Assembly (NCBI GenBank): GCA_949284545.1 | Contig: CASDVX010000069.1 | Span: 1 to 54,046, forward strand | Length of the DNA: 54,046 nt | Reading direction: 5' to 3' | From: an uncultured Eubacteriales bacterium | Lineage (GTDB): Bacteria > Bacillota > Clostridia > Oscillospirales > CAJFTT01 | Shown: positions 28,233-37,259 of the stretch, in pieces | Layout of the letters: the number at the start of each line of letters is the position of its first letter | Numbering within the stretch: position 1 is the stretch's first letter | Position numbers and translations under genes: made by a program | Notes under the pieces: model-generated | What the model was told of the DNA's origin: nothing | What the model saw: only the letters and a program-made list of their open reading frames with translations | Database searches by the model: none

Positions 28233-31073
28233 TCAACTCTCACGATGAGACTTCTTCATCCTTTTCGCCACTTTGACGGCCGCAAAGGCGGCAGTCGCAA
28301 CCGCCACAAAGCCCAAAACTATCGACCCTGTTTTTGCCGCCGTATACAGCGTCTCCCGGCCTTCGGCGTCCAGCAGCCCGTCCCCTGAGCCTGATTGTTT
28401 CACCGGCGCAAGTTTGCGCCCCGCAACGGCAAGCTCCGCCGTGGCAGTGTCTATGGAAGACTGTGTCGCAGCAGCGTCATCAAGAGTTTCTTCGGCGGAA
28501 GCCATCGCCGCGGCAAAAGATTGGTAGGTTTCTTCCGTGAAGCCGCTCTCCTCAATGTCCGAATAGAAGGAACACAGCGATTCAAGAAGGACTTTGGTGG
28601 GATCCTTCATAACAGCGTCAATGATCATGTCCCACATTTCCTTGATGTTGCCGCTGCTTTCTTCCGCCGCCGCGGCAGTGTTCAGAAGCTCCCGGGACAC
28701 GGTGTACAGCTCCCCTATCGCCGCCATTACCTTGAGTTCCTCAGTACCGATGTTGTCTCGGCAAAGTATTCCGTATATTCGGAGAAGATCCATTGCCGCA
28801 GCGTTGATCTGTTCCGGAGATGCGTCCGGGTCCCCGTATATCATATTGCCGTGTGAAACCGTGTTGTCGTAAGTGTCCTTAACGGCCTGACACGACAGGT
28901 TCGCCGACGACTTCACCTGTGCCCCCGTCGCCAGCGCTATTGCCCTTTCCAACACCTCACGATTTTCCTCGGTAGACACAACGATTACAAAATCCGCAGA
29001 AACCACCACGTCCTTCGCAGGCATAACGAAAGAATTTCCGGAAAGTGCGGTGCCGTCCACGGTTATCCTGCCCAGTCTGTAGCCGTCATCCGGCGCGGCG
29101 GACACATTTATGACGGTGCCGGCCACAGCGCTGTCTGCGCTGAGAGATATGCTTCCGTTGCTTATATCCCCATCCACAAAAAGGGAAAAGTACTCGTCCG
29201 CAGGAGCTGGTTCACCTGAATCCGAGGCAAACGTAACGGTAAATGTGCAGCTTTTGCTTATATACGGGGTGGTATATATCCCCAAACTTATTTCATCCGT
29301 GACATCGCGTCCGTCAAATACGGCTTTTTCTATTCTGTAGCCCTCATCTGCTGAAATTATGAATTCAATGCTTCCTCCGTCCGTTACCGCATAGCTTCCG
29401 TCGGAAGGCTCAACCGTCCCCTTACCGCTTATTGCTACCGACACCGTGTGCGGCTTGACCTCATCGGAATCGAGAAGCCATTGCCCGTCAAGCCACTCAA
29501 GCCGTTTTTCGAGCCACTGTTTGAGATACTCTACACCTTCTCTTATTTCCGAAGGTTCAAGATATTTGACGTTGTTTTCCGCAGAATTGAGCATATACGC
29601 CGCATAATAATCAATCTTCGCCAACATATTTTCGATCACGGTATATCTGTATTCAGTGTATCGCTCCATCAGGGCGTTTCTGAACGATTCCTTCTCGTAA
29701 AGCGCCTCAAACCATGGGCATGATGGCTGTATTGTCATGAACTTTGTGGTAGTGTTGCCAAACGGCGTGCCGGATATGGTAACACCGCTTCCTCTGTCGT
29801 CGTTATTCCAGTCCGCAACCCCGAAGGCGATATCGAAATCCCATAGCGATGTGAATTCCAGAACATCCGAGCCCGAGCGAACAAGGAAAAATGAACTTGT
29901 TTTCAGGTCACCGTCCACATTTTTTGAAACTTCCTGCATGATTATGAAGTCAAGCCACGAGTCAAGATCTATATACCGCAGATACGCAGTTTCCGAATCC
30001 GACATTATGGCGTTGTGCACATTATTGACTATATCCGATATCTTTTTCTTCATGGCAGAGTCTGCGGTATCCGGGTCCTTAAACACAAAAATATCCTTCT
30101 GTCCGGAGCTGTTCGGATGCCCTAAAAACGGCGCTTCAACGTAAATATCGCTGGAACTCATTTTTCCGGTGACCGTCTTTTCAAGCAGGTAAGCTCCGTT
30201 TACATTATCAGGCGAAGCTTCCGTTTCGTTTATTTTTGTTTTGGATATTCGTATCCTTTCACACAATGTGTATATCCCGTTAAATTGTCCGTTGAGATAC
30301 ACTTCCACGGGTTCGGCTTTGACCATATAATCTATTCCCTTCAGATCCTGGCCGGCCGAATACATTATGAGATTCCTCACCAGCGAGGCATCGAGTACCG
30401 TGGACACTATGGCGTATTTCCTTGTAGCAGGTATGTCGAGCAGCGACACATCTTTTTCAAAGTTTATGGAATACGGCTTTTGCTCCTTTTCCCACGAATA
30501 GTTTCCCCGGCCTTTTACCTGACCGCTCCCGACAAAATTTCCGCTGCTGTAGTTCTTTGTACCCAGCTCGAGCCTTACGTCGCAGTCCACCCAGTTTTCC
30601 TTGGTGACCCTCTCAAAGCTCCCGGAAATGTCAAGATAGAGCTTGGGCATTTCTTCGGCAGTAGTGTTTATGCACACATTCTTAAGTGTGGAAAACTTGA
30701 CGGATTTACCTCCTGACGCCGTGTATTTGAAGGTGACGCTGTTCGATCCCTTGGACACGACCAGGGAACCGGAATCCCCGTCAAACACCGAGGAATACTC
30801 CTCGCAATAGCTCCAACCTTCCTCAAATCTCACCGTAAAAGTGATAGTCCTTGTTTCCGAAAAAGTAAAATAGCCGTTTTTATACAGAACGCCCTTAACG
30901 TATAAATTATCCATATCGCTGTCGCTTATGTACGCTCCGTCTCCGAGCTGCGGTTCAATATAATAAATGTTGCCGTTCGCCGCCGCAAAGGAATCGTATG
31001 CCGACTCCGGAAACACGGAGCAAAAAAGCACCGCCGCAATGAATCCTGCAATCATTTTCCGTAACGCTCTCAT
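28233..31073 (-). CDS. Large CotH kinase-family surface protein with InlB-B-repeat-like modules and a C-terminal membrane anchor
   Basis: Signal peptide MRALRKMIAGFIAAVLFCSVF. CotH-like core (VKGRGNYSWEKEQKPYSINF, VYLNGQFNGIYTLCERI, GAYLLEK, WDFDIAFG). Two repeats resemble ...GYRIEKAVFDGRDVT / ...GYRLGRITVDGTAL. An Ala-rich helical region follows. C-terminus AAKTGSIVLGFVAVATAAFAAVKVAKRMKKSHRES. ATG at 31073 (track start GTG 31079). Confidence 0.8.
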   Translation of the reverse strand: MRALRKMIAGFIAAVLFCSVFPESAYDSFAAANGNIYYIEPQLGDGAYISDSDMDNLYVKGVLYKNGYFTFSETRTITFTVRFEEGWSYCEEYSSVFDGDSGSLVVSKGSNSVTFKYTASGGKSVKFSTLKNVCINTTAEEMPKLYLDISGSFERVTKENWVDCDVRLELGTKNYSSGNFVGSGQVKGRGNYSWEKEQKPYSINFEKDVSLLDIPATRKYAIVSTVLDASLVRNLIMYSAGQDLKGIDYMVKAEPVEVYLNGQFNGIYTLCERIRISKTKINETEASPDNVNGAYLLEKTVTGKMSSSDIYVEAPFLGHPNSSGQKDIFVFKDPDTADSAMKKKISDIVNNVHNAIMSDSETAYLRYIDLDSWLDFIIMQEVSKNVDGDLKTSSFFLVRSGSDVLEFTSLWDFDIAFGVADWNNDDRGSGVTISGTPFGNTTTKFMTIQPSCPWFEALYEKESFRNALMERYTEYRYTVIENMLAKIDYYAAYMLNSAENNVKYLEPSEIREGVEYLKQWLEKRLEWLDGQWLLDSDEVKPHTVSVAISGKGTVEPSDGSYAVTDGGSIEFIISADEGYRIEKAVFDGRDVTDEISLGIYTTPYISKSCTFTVTFASDSGEPAPADEYFSLFVDGDISNGSISLSADSAVAGTVINVSAAPDDGYRLGRITVDGTALSGNSFVMPAKDVVVSADFVIVVSTEENREVLERAIALATGAQVKSSANLSCQAVKDTYDNTVSHGNMIYGDPDASPEQINAAAMDLLRIYGILCRDNIGTEELKVMAAIGELYTVSRELLNTAAAAEESSGNIKEMWDMIIDAVMKDPTKVLLESLCSFYSDIEESGFTEETYQSFAAAMASAEETLDDAAATQSSIDTATAELAVAGRKLAPVKQSGSGDGLLDAEGRETLYTAAKTGSIVLGFVAVATAAFAAVKVAKRMKKSHRES

Positions 31074-31141
31074 TGGCACCGAACCCTTTCCTGGATAAAT
31101 ATTACGTCAATAGCCACAATTTTAAGGTGTCCGCGTCTGGC

Positions 31142-31170
31142 ATTATACTACACATTGCTTAAAAAGTAAA
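31142..31170 (-). promoter_or_regulatory. Putative promoter of the CotH-domain gene
   Basis: The minus strand reads TTTACT, 17 nt, TATAAT. Confidence 0.4.
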
Positions 31171-31217
31171 TAAAATAAACATGAATTTCAAATTCCTCGG
31201 GTTAAGCCGTCGATTTC

Positions 31218-31246
31218 TTGACAAAATGAGCGCACTGTGGTAAACT
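31218..31246 (+). promoter_or_regulatory. Putative promoter of the SCIFF locus
   Basis: TTGACA (31218-31223), 17 nt, TAAACT, preceded by TGg (extended -10). Confidence 0.5.
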
Positions 31247-31321
31247 CAGGCACGGATATATGTCTTATGCGGCTCAGTTCGGCCGGATGCGGCAAATAAT
31301 TTCAGTATGGGAGATGTTTTC

Positions 31322-31468
31322 ATGAAGAGAATTAAGACCATCGAGACTCGCAATCTCTGCGAAAGCGCCAGGTCCGGCGGCTGCGGCGAATGTCAGACCT
31401 CCTGCCAGTCGGCCTGTAAAACGTCCTGCGGCGTGGCCAATCAGAAGTGCGAGAAATCAAAAAAGTAA
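31322..31468 (+). CDS. scfA: SCIFF (six cysteines in forty-five residues) ranthipeptide precursor
   Basis: Not in the ORF track (48 aa). My translation is MKRIKTIETRNLCESARSGGCGECQTSCQSACKTSCGVANQKCEKSKK. The core GGCGECQTSCQSACKTSC.V.NQ.CE is the SCIFF signature. A GGGAGA RBS precedes it, and the gene sits directly upstream of its maturase. Confidence 0.9.
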   Translation: MKRIKTIETRNLCESARSGGCGECQTSCQSACKTSCGVANQKCEKSKK

Positions 31469-31476
31469 AACAACAG

Positions 31477-31506
31477 AAAGCCGCCGGAAACGAAGGCGGT
31501 TTTTTT
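31477..31506 (+). terminator. Intrinsic terminator/attenuator hairpin between precursor and maturase
   Basis: AAAGCCGCC, loop ggaaacgaa, GGCGGTTTTTTT, about 20 nt before the maturase ATG. Confidence 0.5.
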
Positions 31507-31526
31507 GTGCAAAGGCAGGCAGACTT

Positions 31527-32909
31527 ATGGTACATCAATACAAGCTTAACGGATACAACATTGTTCTGGATACCTGCTCGGGGTCGATACACGCCGTTGA
31601 CGACGTGGCGTACGACATCATCGAAGGATATAAAACCATGCCCGAAGACGATCTTGTCAAAAACATCTGTTCAAAATACAGCGGCATTGACGGAGTGGAC
31701 GAACAAGAGGTCCGCGACTGTCTGGAGGACGTAAAAGGGCTGGAACGCGAAGGCAAGCTGTTCAGCAGGGACACTTTCGAGCCGCTCGCCGGGCAGTTCA
31801 AGGAACGCAGTTCTGGGGTGATAAAGGCCATGTGTCTTCATGTGGCTCATACATGCAACCTTAACTGCTCCTACTGCTTTGCCAGCCAGGGAAAATATCA
31901 CGGCGAGCGCGCTCTCATGTCCTTCGAGGTAGGCAGGCAGGCTCTGGATTTCCTTATCCGCAGTTCCGGCAGCCGGCGCAATCTCGAGGTGGATTTTTTC
32001 GGCGGCGAACCTCTTATGAACTGGGATACGGTCAAGCGTCTGGTGGCATATGCACGCAGCGTTGAGGACAGTCACGGCAAAAAATTCCGTTTCACGCTCA
32101 CCACCAACGGAATGCTCATAGACGACGATGTGATAGATTTTTGTAACCGCGAGATGAATAACGTCGTTTTGAGTCTCGACGGGCGCAAGGAAATACACGA
32201 CAGGCTTCGAGTGGATTATGCGGGCAACGGCAGCTACGACAGGATTGTGCCCAAGTTCAAGAAGTTTGTTGAAAAGCGCGGGGATCTGGAATACTATATG
32301 CGCGGCACCTTTACTCACGCTAATCCCGATTTCACCAAGGACTTATTCCACATGGCGGATCTGGGATTCAAGCGTCTCAGCATGGAACCTGTGGTATGCC
32401 CGCCGGGTGATCCTGCCGCACTGACCGACGGGGATATCGCCGTCGTTCTCAGAGAATATGAAGTCCTTGCCGCGGAAATGCTCAAGCGCAGAAAAGAGGG
32501 CAGGCCGTTTGTTTTCTATCATTACATGATTGATCTCACCGGCGGTCCGTGCATATACAAGCGGCTTTCCGGTTGCGGAAGCGGTACTGAATATGTGGCC
32601 GTCACACCGTCCGGCGATCTGTATCCCTGCCATCAGTTCGTCGGGGAGGACAAATTCAAGCTGGGTGATATATGGAACGGTATCGTCAACGAAGAGTGCA
32701 GGAATATGTTTCGTGACTGCAACGTATATTCCCGCAGCGAGTGCAGGGACTGCTGGGCAAGGCTCTACTGTTCCGGCGGATGTGCGGCCAACGCGTATCA
32801 CGCCACCGGCAGCGTGAATGGAATTTACCGTCAGGGCTGCGAGATGTTTAAAAAACGCATGGAATGCGCCATCATGCTGCAGATAGCAGAGAATGAGAAA
32901 GACGCGTGA
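31527..32909 (+). CDS. scfB: Radical SAM/SPASM thioether-forming SCIFF peptide maturase
   Basis: MVHQYKLNGYNIVLDTCSGSIHAVDD (typical SCIFF maturase N-terminus). CNLNCSYC is the radical SAM CX3CX2C motif. The C-terminal SPASM cysteines are CRDCWARLYCSGGCAANAY. Confidence 0.95.
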   Translation: MVHQYKLNGYNIVLDTCSGSIHAVDDVAYDIIEGYKTMPEDDLVKNICSKYSGIDGVDEQEVRDCLEDVKGLEREGKLFSRDTFEPLAGQFKERSSGVIKAMCLHVAHTCNLNCSYCFASQGKYHGERALMSFEVGRQALDFLIRSSGSRRNLEVDFFGGEPLMNWDTVKRLVAYARSVEDSHGKKFRFTLTTNGMLIDDDVIDFCNREMNNVVLSLDGRKEIHDRLRVDYAGNGSYDRIVPKFKKFVEKRGDLEYYMRGTFTHANPDFTKDLFHMADLGFKRLSMEPVVCPPGDPAALTDGDIAVVLREYEVLAAEMLKRRKEGRPFVFYHYMIDLTGGPCIYKRLSGCGSGTEYVAVTPSGDLYPCHQFVGEDKFKLGDIWNGIVNEECRNMFRDCNVYSRSECRDCWARLYCSGGCAANAYHATGSVNGIYRQGCEMFKKRMECAIMLQIAENEKDA

Positions 32910-34231
32910 TGGATACACCGATATTTGATTTCGTACGCTCATATGCAGAAAGCGGCGTTTCCAGACTGCATATGCCCGGCCACAAGGGAAGCGGTCCTCT
33001 CGGCTGCGAATCTCTTGATATTACCGAGATACACGGGGCGGATTCGCTTTTTGAGGCCAGCGGGATAATAGCCCGAAGCGAAAGAAACGCGTCTGCGCTT
33101 TTCGGCACCCGGGGCACATTCTATTCTACCGAGGGTTCTACCCACTGTATAAAGGCAATGCTTACCCTTGCCGCCGTGTACGGCGGTAAACATATCCTTG
33201 CGGCGAGAAATGTCCACAAATCGTTTGTTCACGCGGCGGCGTTGCTGGATATCGATGTAGACTGGATCTTTTCATCCCGTCCGGCGGGTCTTTTAAGCTG
33301 TCCGCTGACCGGCGGCGATGTGGAGCAGGCTCTTAAAAACGCACGGGCGCCTGTGGCGGCAGTGTACATAACGTCTCCGGATTATCTGGGGATAATGCAG
33401 CCTATCGACGAGATATCGGAGGTATGCGGCCGTTTCGGCGTACCGCTGCTTGTGGATAACGCCCACGGCGCGTATCTGCGCTTTTTGCCCGATTCACTGC
33501 ATCCCATGGATCACGGGGCCTGTATGTGCTGTGATTCCGCTCACAAGACGCTTCCCGTGCTGACCGGCGGAGCGTATCTGCACACGTCCTGTCATCCGTG
33601 CGCGGGGGATGTCTCCTCGGTGCGCAGGGCACTTTCCCTGTTCGGCTCCACAAGCCCTTCGTATCTCATCCTCCAGTCACTCGATCTTTGCAACGACTTC
33701 CTCTCAAAAGGATTTAAAAAGGCGCTCGCCGACACCGCCGAACGGGTTGCAGCAATTAAAAAAGCTCTTATCGGTCTCGGGTGGAGCGTGGAAAATACCG
33801 AACCTCTGAAAATCACCGTGCGCGCCTGTGCTTCCGGCTTTACAGGTGCACAGCTGGCGGACAGACTCCGTTCCTTTGGTGTCGAATGCGAATATTCCGA
33901 CGGGGAGTACGTTGTTCTCATGTTTTCTCCTCACAACCGAGATATCGACTACCGGCGCGTTTTGTCCGCGTTCCCCGAGAGCGGCAGCCCGGTGCCTGTT
34001 GCTGATTCGGGAACGGCACCTTCCCCGGTGACGGCGATGAGCATACGCCGGGCGGTGCTGTCGCAATGCGAGGAAATTCCGGTCTCACGGTCTGTGGGCA
34101 GGGTCTGCTCCTCCCCTGCGCTGTCGTGTCCCCCGGCTGTTCCGATAGCCGTCAGCGGTGAACTTATCAGCGAAGATGTTGCAGCGTTGCTACTAAAATA
34201 CGGCGTGAGTACTGTAAGCGTGGTCAAATAG
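32909..34231 (+). CDS. Orn/Lys/Arg decarboxylase-family PLP-dependent enzyme
   Basis: RLHMPGHKG, STEGSTHCIKAM and DSAHKTLPVLTGGAYLH (PLP lysine) are motifs of the Orn/Lys/Arg decarboxylase major domain. The ATG at 32909 overlaps the scfB stop (TGATG); an alternative GTG lies at 32906. Confidence 0.8.
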   Translation: MDTPIFDFVRSYAESGVSRLHMPGHKGSGPLGCESLDITEIHGADSLFEASGIIARSERNASALFGTRGTFYSTEGSTHCIKAMLTLAAVYGGKHILAARNVHKSFVHAAALLDIDVDWIFSSRPAGLLSCPLTGGDVEQALKNARAPVAAVYITSPDYLGIMQPIDEISEVCGRFGVPLLVDNAHGAYLRFLPDSLHPMDHGACMCCDSAHKTLPVLTGGAYLHTSCHPCAGDVSSVRRALSLFGSTSPSYLILQSLDLCNDFLSKGFKKALADTAERVAAIKKALIGLGWSVENTEPLKITVRACASGFTGAQLADRLRSFGVECEYSDGEYVVLMFSPHNRDIDYRRVLSAFPESGSPVPVADSGTAPSPVTAMSIRRAVLSQCEEIPVSRSVGRVCSSPALSCPPAVPIAVSGELISEDVAALLLKYGVSTVSVVK

Positions 34232-34241
34232 CCTTTATGTC

Positions 34242-34285
34242 AAAAAAACAGCCCGTTCTGCTGTAAGCAGAGCAGGCTGTTTTTG
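34242..34285. terminator. Bidirectional terminator between convergent genes
   Basis: AAAAAACAGCC..TTCTGC, loop, GCAGAG..GGCTGTTTTT. Confidence 0.55.
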
Positions 34286-34304
34286 TTCGTGTCGCGCTGC
34301 ACTT

Positions 34305-35924
34305 TCAGCCGTCTCTCAGCAGAACACAGCCTGAGCATATGTCCGAAATAACGTCGATGCCGTTTGTGTCGGAAATAAGGTACTGCACCGCCGAAGCGTA
34401 AAACGAGGTATCTGTCTCGGTTTCGGTAATTTGCATATCTTCTCCCTTAAACGGCGGCGTCGATATCCCCACTGACGCGCCTTCCGTCATATCACCCGAA
34501 AGAAGTATAAGTTTTCCGTTCGGAAGGTAAAGATTACTGCTCGTTTCGCCCGTCACCGATACCTTATTGTTTCCGGTTATTATCGGGGTCCCTTCAAGCT
34601 TTACCGTCCCCTCTGAACAGTTGACGCCGCCTCCGTTCCCATTTTTCGCCCGACATCCGGTGATCGTCCCTCCGTTCATGGCAAGCTCTCCCCCGTCCGC
34701 CACCAAAATTCCTCCCCCGCCGGAAGCTGAGCAGCCTGTTATATCACCTTTTGTATATATAATCCGTCCGTAGCTGAACACTCCTCCGCCGAACGCCTCT
34801 GTTGCGCAACCGGCTATCATGCCGCCGTTCATTCTCAGCGTTCCGTCAGGAGCCGCGAATACTCCGCCCCCTCCGTCCCATGGGATGGATTTCTCCGTGC
34901 CGTCTGTATACAGCATCATCCCCGCGGCAAAGCAGTTTTCCACGGCCGCGCCCTCGCCGAGCAACACGGTTCCGTTTAAAATGTATATGCCTCCGCCGTT
35001 TGCAGCTGCACTGCATCCGTAAACGGTCCCGGTTATCTCTGACATTTTGCAGTTTGAATAAATACCACCGCCGTTATTAAGTGCCGAGCAGTTCTTCAAC
35101 ACCCCTCCCGTCATTTCAAAGGCACCGTCGAGACCAACGTAAACTCCGCCGCCGTTTACGGCTGCCGTGCAGCCCTCAATCGTTCCTCCGGACATACGGA
35201 ATCTGCCGTCCGGTACGTATATGCCGCCGCCGGAATCCGCCGTACAATCCTTCACGGTGCCTCCCAACATATAAAACGTGCCTGAAACGCACACTCCGCC
35301 TCCGACTGTAAGTGCCGAGCCACTGTATTCGGAACCCGTGCCCCCCGCAACCGCTCCCGTCCGGAACGCAGGGTAAAAGGAACTGTCCTTAAGAGTGAGT
35401 GTACTGCCGCTTTCGACTGTGATCACACTGCTTTGCCCCGTTCCGATAAGCTTGTGACCGTTAAGCTCTATGACCACGTCCGCCCCGGTCGGGATCGTGA
35501 TATCCAACCCGTTAAGCTCCAGATCCTCTTTCAGAGCATAACTTCCTGACGATAAAACTCCGCCGGAAACAGGGATCGTCTCCATTTTTGCGATTTCGTC
35601 AGAGGGGCAGTACGCTTCTATGACTTCGTTTATAACGGTTTCCTGTTCTACCGTCAGTCCCGCCGGTATTTGCCTTTCCAAATCATAGATGGCCTTTATC
35701 GTCTCAAAAACCGTTCGCGCGGTAACTTCATCGAAGGGATCGATATCGGACGGAGCAGGCAATTCATTTATCATTTTTTCCGCCTGTATCTCCGGCCCGG
35801 TTTTTGCAAGCGTCTGCACAGCTCCGTTCTGATTACCCGCGCCGTGTACAACGGCTGCAACAGTCAGCGCAATTGCCGATACAACACACAGGGACGTTAT
35901 AATTGCAAGATTTTTTCTTCTCAT
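34305..35924 (-). CDS. Secreted/anchored parallel beta-helix repeat protein (GGG[IV][YF] ... C[ST]A repeats)
   Basis: The ATG at 35924 follows AGGAGAAAGAGGG. MRRKNLAIITSLCVVSAIALTVAAVV is a signal/anchor. About 8 repeats of ~25 aa follow, e.g. GGTVKDCTADSGGGIYV, GGTIEGCTAAVNGGGVYV, GGVLKNCSALNNGGGIY, VYGCSAAANGGGIYI, GGMIAGCATEAFGGGVF, GDITGCSASGGGGILV, GGTITGCRAKNGNGGGV. Confidence 0.7.
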   Translation of the reverse strand: MRRKNLAIITSLCVVSAIALTVAAVVHGAGNQNGAVQTLAKTGPEIQAEKMINELPAPSDIDPFDEVTARTVFETIKAIYDLERQIPAGLTVEQETVINEVIEAYCPSDEIAKMETIPVSGGVLSSGSYALKEDLELNGLDITIPTGADVVIELNGHKLIGTGQSSVITVESGSTLTLKDSSFYPAFRTGAVAGGTGSEYSGSALTVGGGVCVSGTFYMLGGTVKDCTADSGGGIYVPDGRFRMSGGTIEGCTAAVNGGGVYVGLDGAFEMTGGVLKNCSALNNGGGIYSNCKMSEITGTVYGCSAAANGGGIYILNGTVLLGEGAAVENCFAAGMMLYTDGTEKSIPWDGGGGVFAAPDGTLRMNGGMIAGCATEAFGGGVFSYGRIIYTKGDITGCSASGGGGILVADGGELAMNGGTITGCRAKNGNGGGVNCSEGTVKLEGTPIITGNNKVSVTGETSSNLYLPNGKLILLSGDMTEGASVGISTPPFKGEDMQITETETDTSFYASAVQYLISDTNGIDVISDICSGCVLLRDG

Positions 35925-35985
35925 GCCCTCTTTCTCCTTTTTTCTCGGACCGATCATCCGTTCACTCCCGGCGGGACCCGGCAAT

Positions 35986-36558
35986 TTAACTGCGGTTAAA
36001 TTCGCCGTTTGTCTTCTCCTGTTTGTTGCCCTTTTTACCCGGTATAATCAGCGCACATACGATTCCCGCGCCTACGGCGCATCCCAGTATGTTCAGAAAC
36101 ATGTCGGTAACAGAACAGTGACGTCCGGGTACAAACAACTTGCCCATTTCGCTTCCCACAGAAAAAGCCAGGCATACTCCAGCCGACCAAATACAGGCTT
36201 TGTATCGTTTGTCCGTTGACACGAAAAACGCCGTCCATATTGCCGCAGATGTCACTAAAAACACGCCCACATGGGCCGCGGAACGCAATCCGTCAAACAC
36301 GTACATATAGTAGGTTTGTCCCGGAAGCCTGAACAGTTTAAGAGTAAAGCGGGTAATGGCGGCACTTATCTCCGTGGTGCCCGATATGTCCTGGGATGAC
36401 AAAAACAGGCCCAGGGCGCACCACATGATCGCCGCGCTCCATGCAAAAAATATTTTTCGTCGGTTGCCCTTCAATCCGTCTTTTCCCCCTGTCCGTTTAG
36501 TCGGCTGTACTTTCTGCCGAAGCGCGTCCGTGTGCTTTGTCCCACGTCGCCGGCTCAC
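35986..36558 (-). CDS. VanZ-like family membrane protein
   Basis: Four TM segments and the C-terminal motif GKLFVPGRHCSVTDMFLNILGCAVGAGIV, typical of VanZ-like proteins. The GTG start overlaps the cpsD stop (GTGA). Confidence 0.65.
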   Translation of the reverse strand: MSRRRGTKHTDALRQKVQPTKRTGGKDGLKGNRRKIFFAWSAAIMWCALGLFLSSQDISGTTEISAAITRFTLKLFRLPGQTYYMYVFDGLRSAAHVGVFLVTSAAIWTAFFVSTDKRYKACIWSAGVCLAFSVGSEMGKLFVPGRHCSVTDMFLNILGCAVGAGIVCALIIPGKKGNKQEKTNGEFNRS

Positions 36559-37259
36559 TGTTTTTTTCGGTTTACCACAAATCCGAGTATCTTTACTTTC
36601 AGGAACTCAAGCCGTTTTATCGCTTCGTCAAGATCTCGGCGGTCGCAGTGATCAGGCCTGACGACCAAGACCACACCGCTCAGCAAATTTGAAATTGCGA
36701 GCCCGTCGCTCACTTCCGTCACAGAAGGGAGATCAACAACAATGTAATCGAATCCTTCCGACAGAACAGACAGCGTACGCCTCATGTTTGCGGAGGACAG
36801 CAGCTCGCACGGATTCGGAGGCACATTTCCGGCCGGCAGCACACTTAACCCGTCTGAAAGCACCGAGTGCCTGACGGATTCGTCCAGTCTGCCCACTCCC
36901 GCCAGAACTTCCGAAAGTCCGGGAGTACTGTCTATTTCAAGCAGGGGGCCGAACAGCGGCGAGCGCATGTCGGCTTCGATAAGCAGCACTGCCTTTTTTG
37001 CCTCGGCCAACGAATATGCTAGGTTAATTGCAGTGGTGCTCGCTCCTTCCCCCTTTGACGCGCCGGTAATACCTATTATTTTGCATTGGCTCACGTCAGA
37101 GATGCTGAACACAATATTTGTCCTCAGGAGTTTGTAAGCCTCCCGGCCCGCCGAGCTCAGCCTTTCTCCGATAACTTCCCGCTGGTCTGCGATGTGCTTC
37201 AGCTCTGATTTGCGGGTTTTGCCGCCTTTTGCGCCGCCTTTTTCTTTCCCGCGCATCAT
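36555..37259 (-). CDS. CpsD/CapB-family tyrosine-protein kinase (BY-kinase catalytic subunit)
   Basis: Walker A ITGASKGEGASTTAINLA, LLIEADMRSP and IVVDLPSV. The ATG at 37259 forms an ATGA overlap with the upstream stop and follows GGAGGAGG. Confidence 0.9.
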   Translation of the reverse strand: MMRGKEKGGAKGGKTRKSELKHIADQREVIGERLSSAGREAYKLLRTNIVFSISDVSQCKIIGITGASKGEGASTTAINLAYSLAEAKKAVLLIEADMRSPLFGPLLEIDSTPGLSEVLAGVGRLDESVRHSVLSDGLSVLPAGNVPPNPCELLSSANMRRTLSVLSEGFDYIVVDLPSVTEVSDGLAISNLLSGVVLVVRPDHCDRRDLDEAIKRLEFLKVKILGFVVNRKKQ

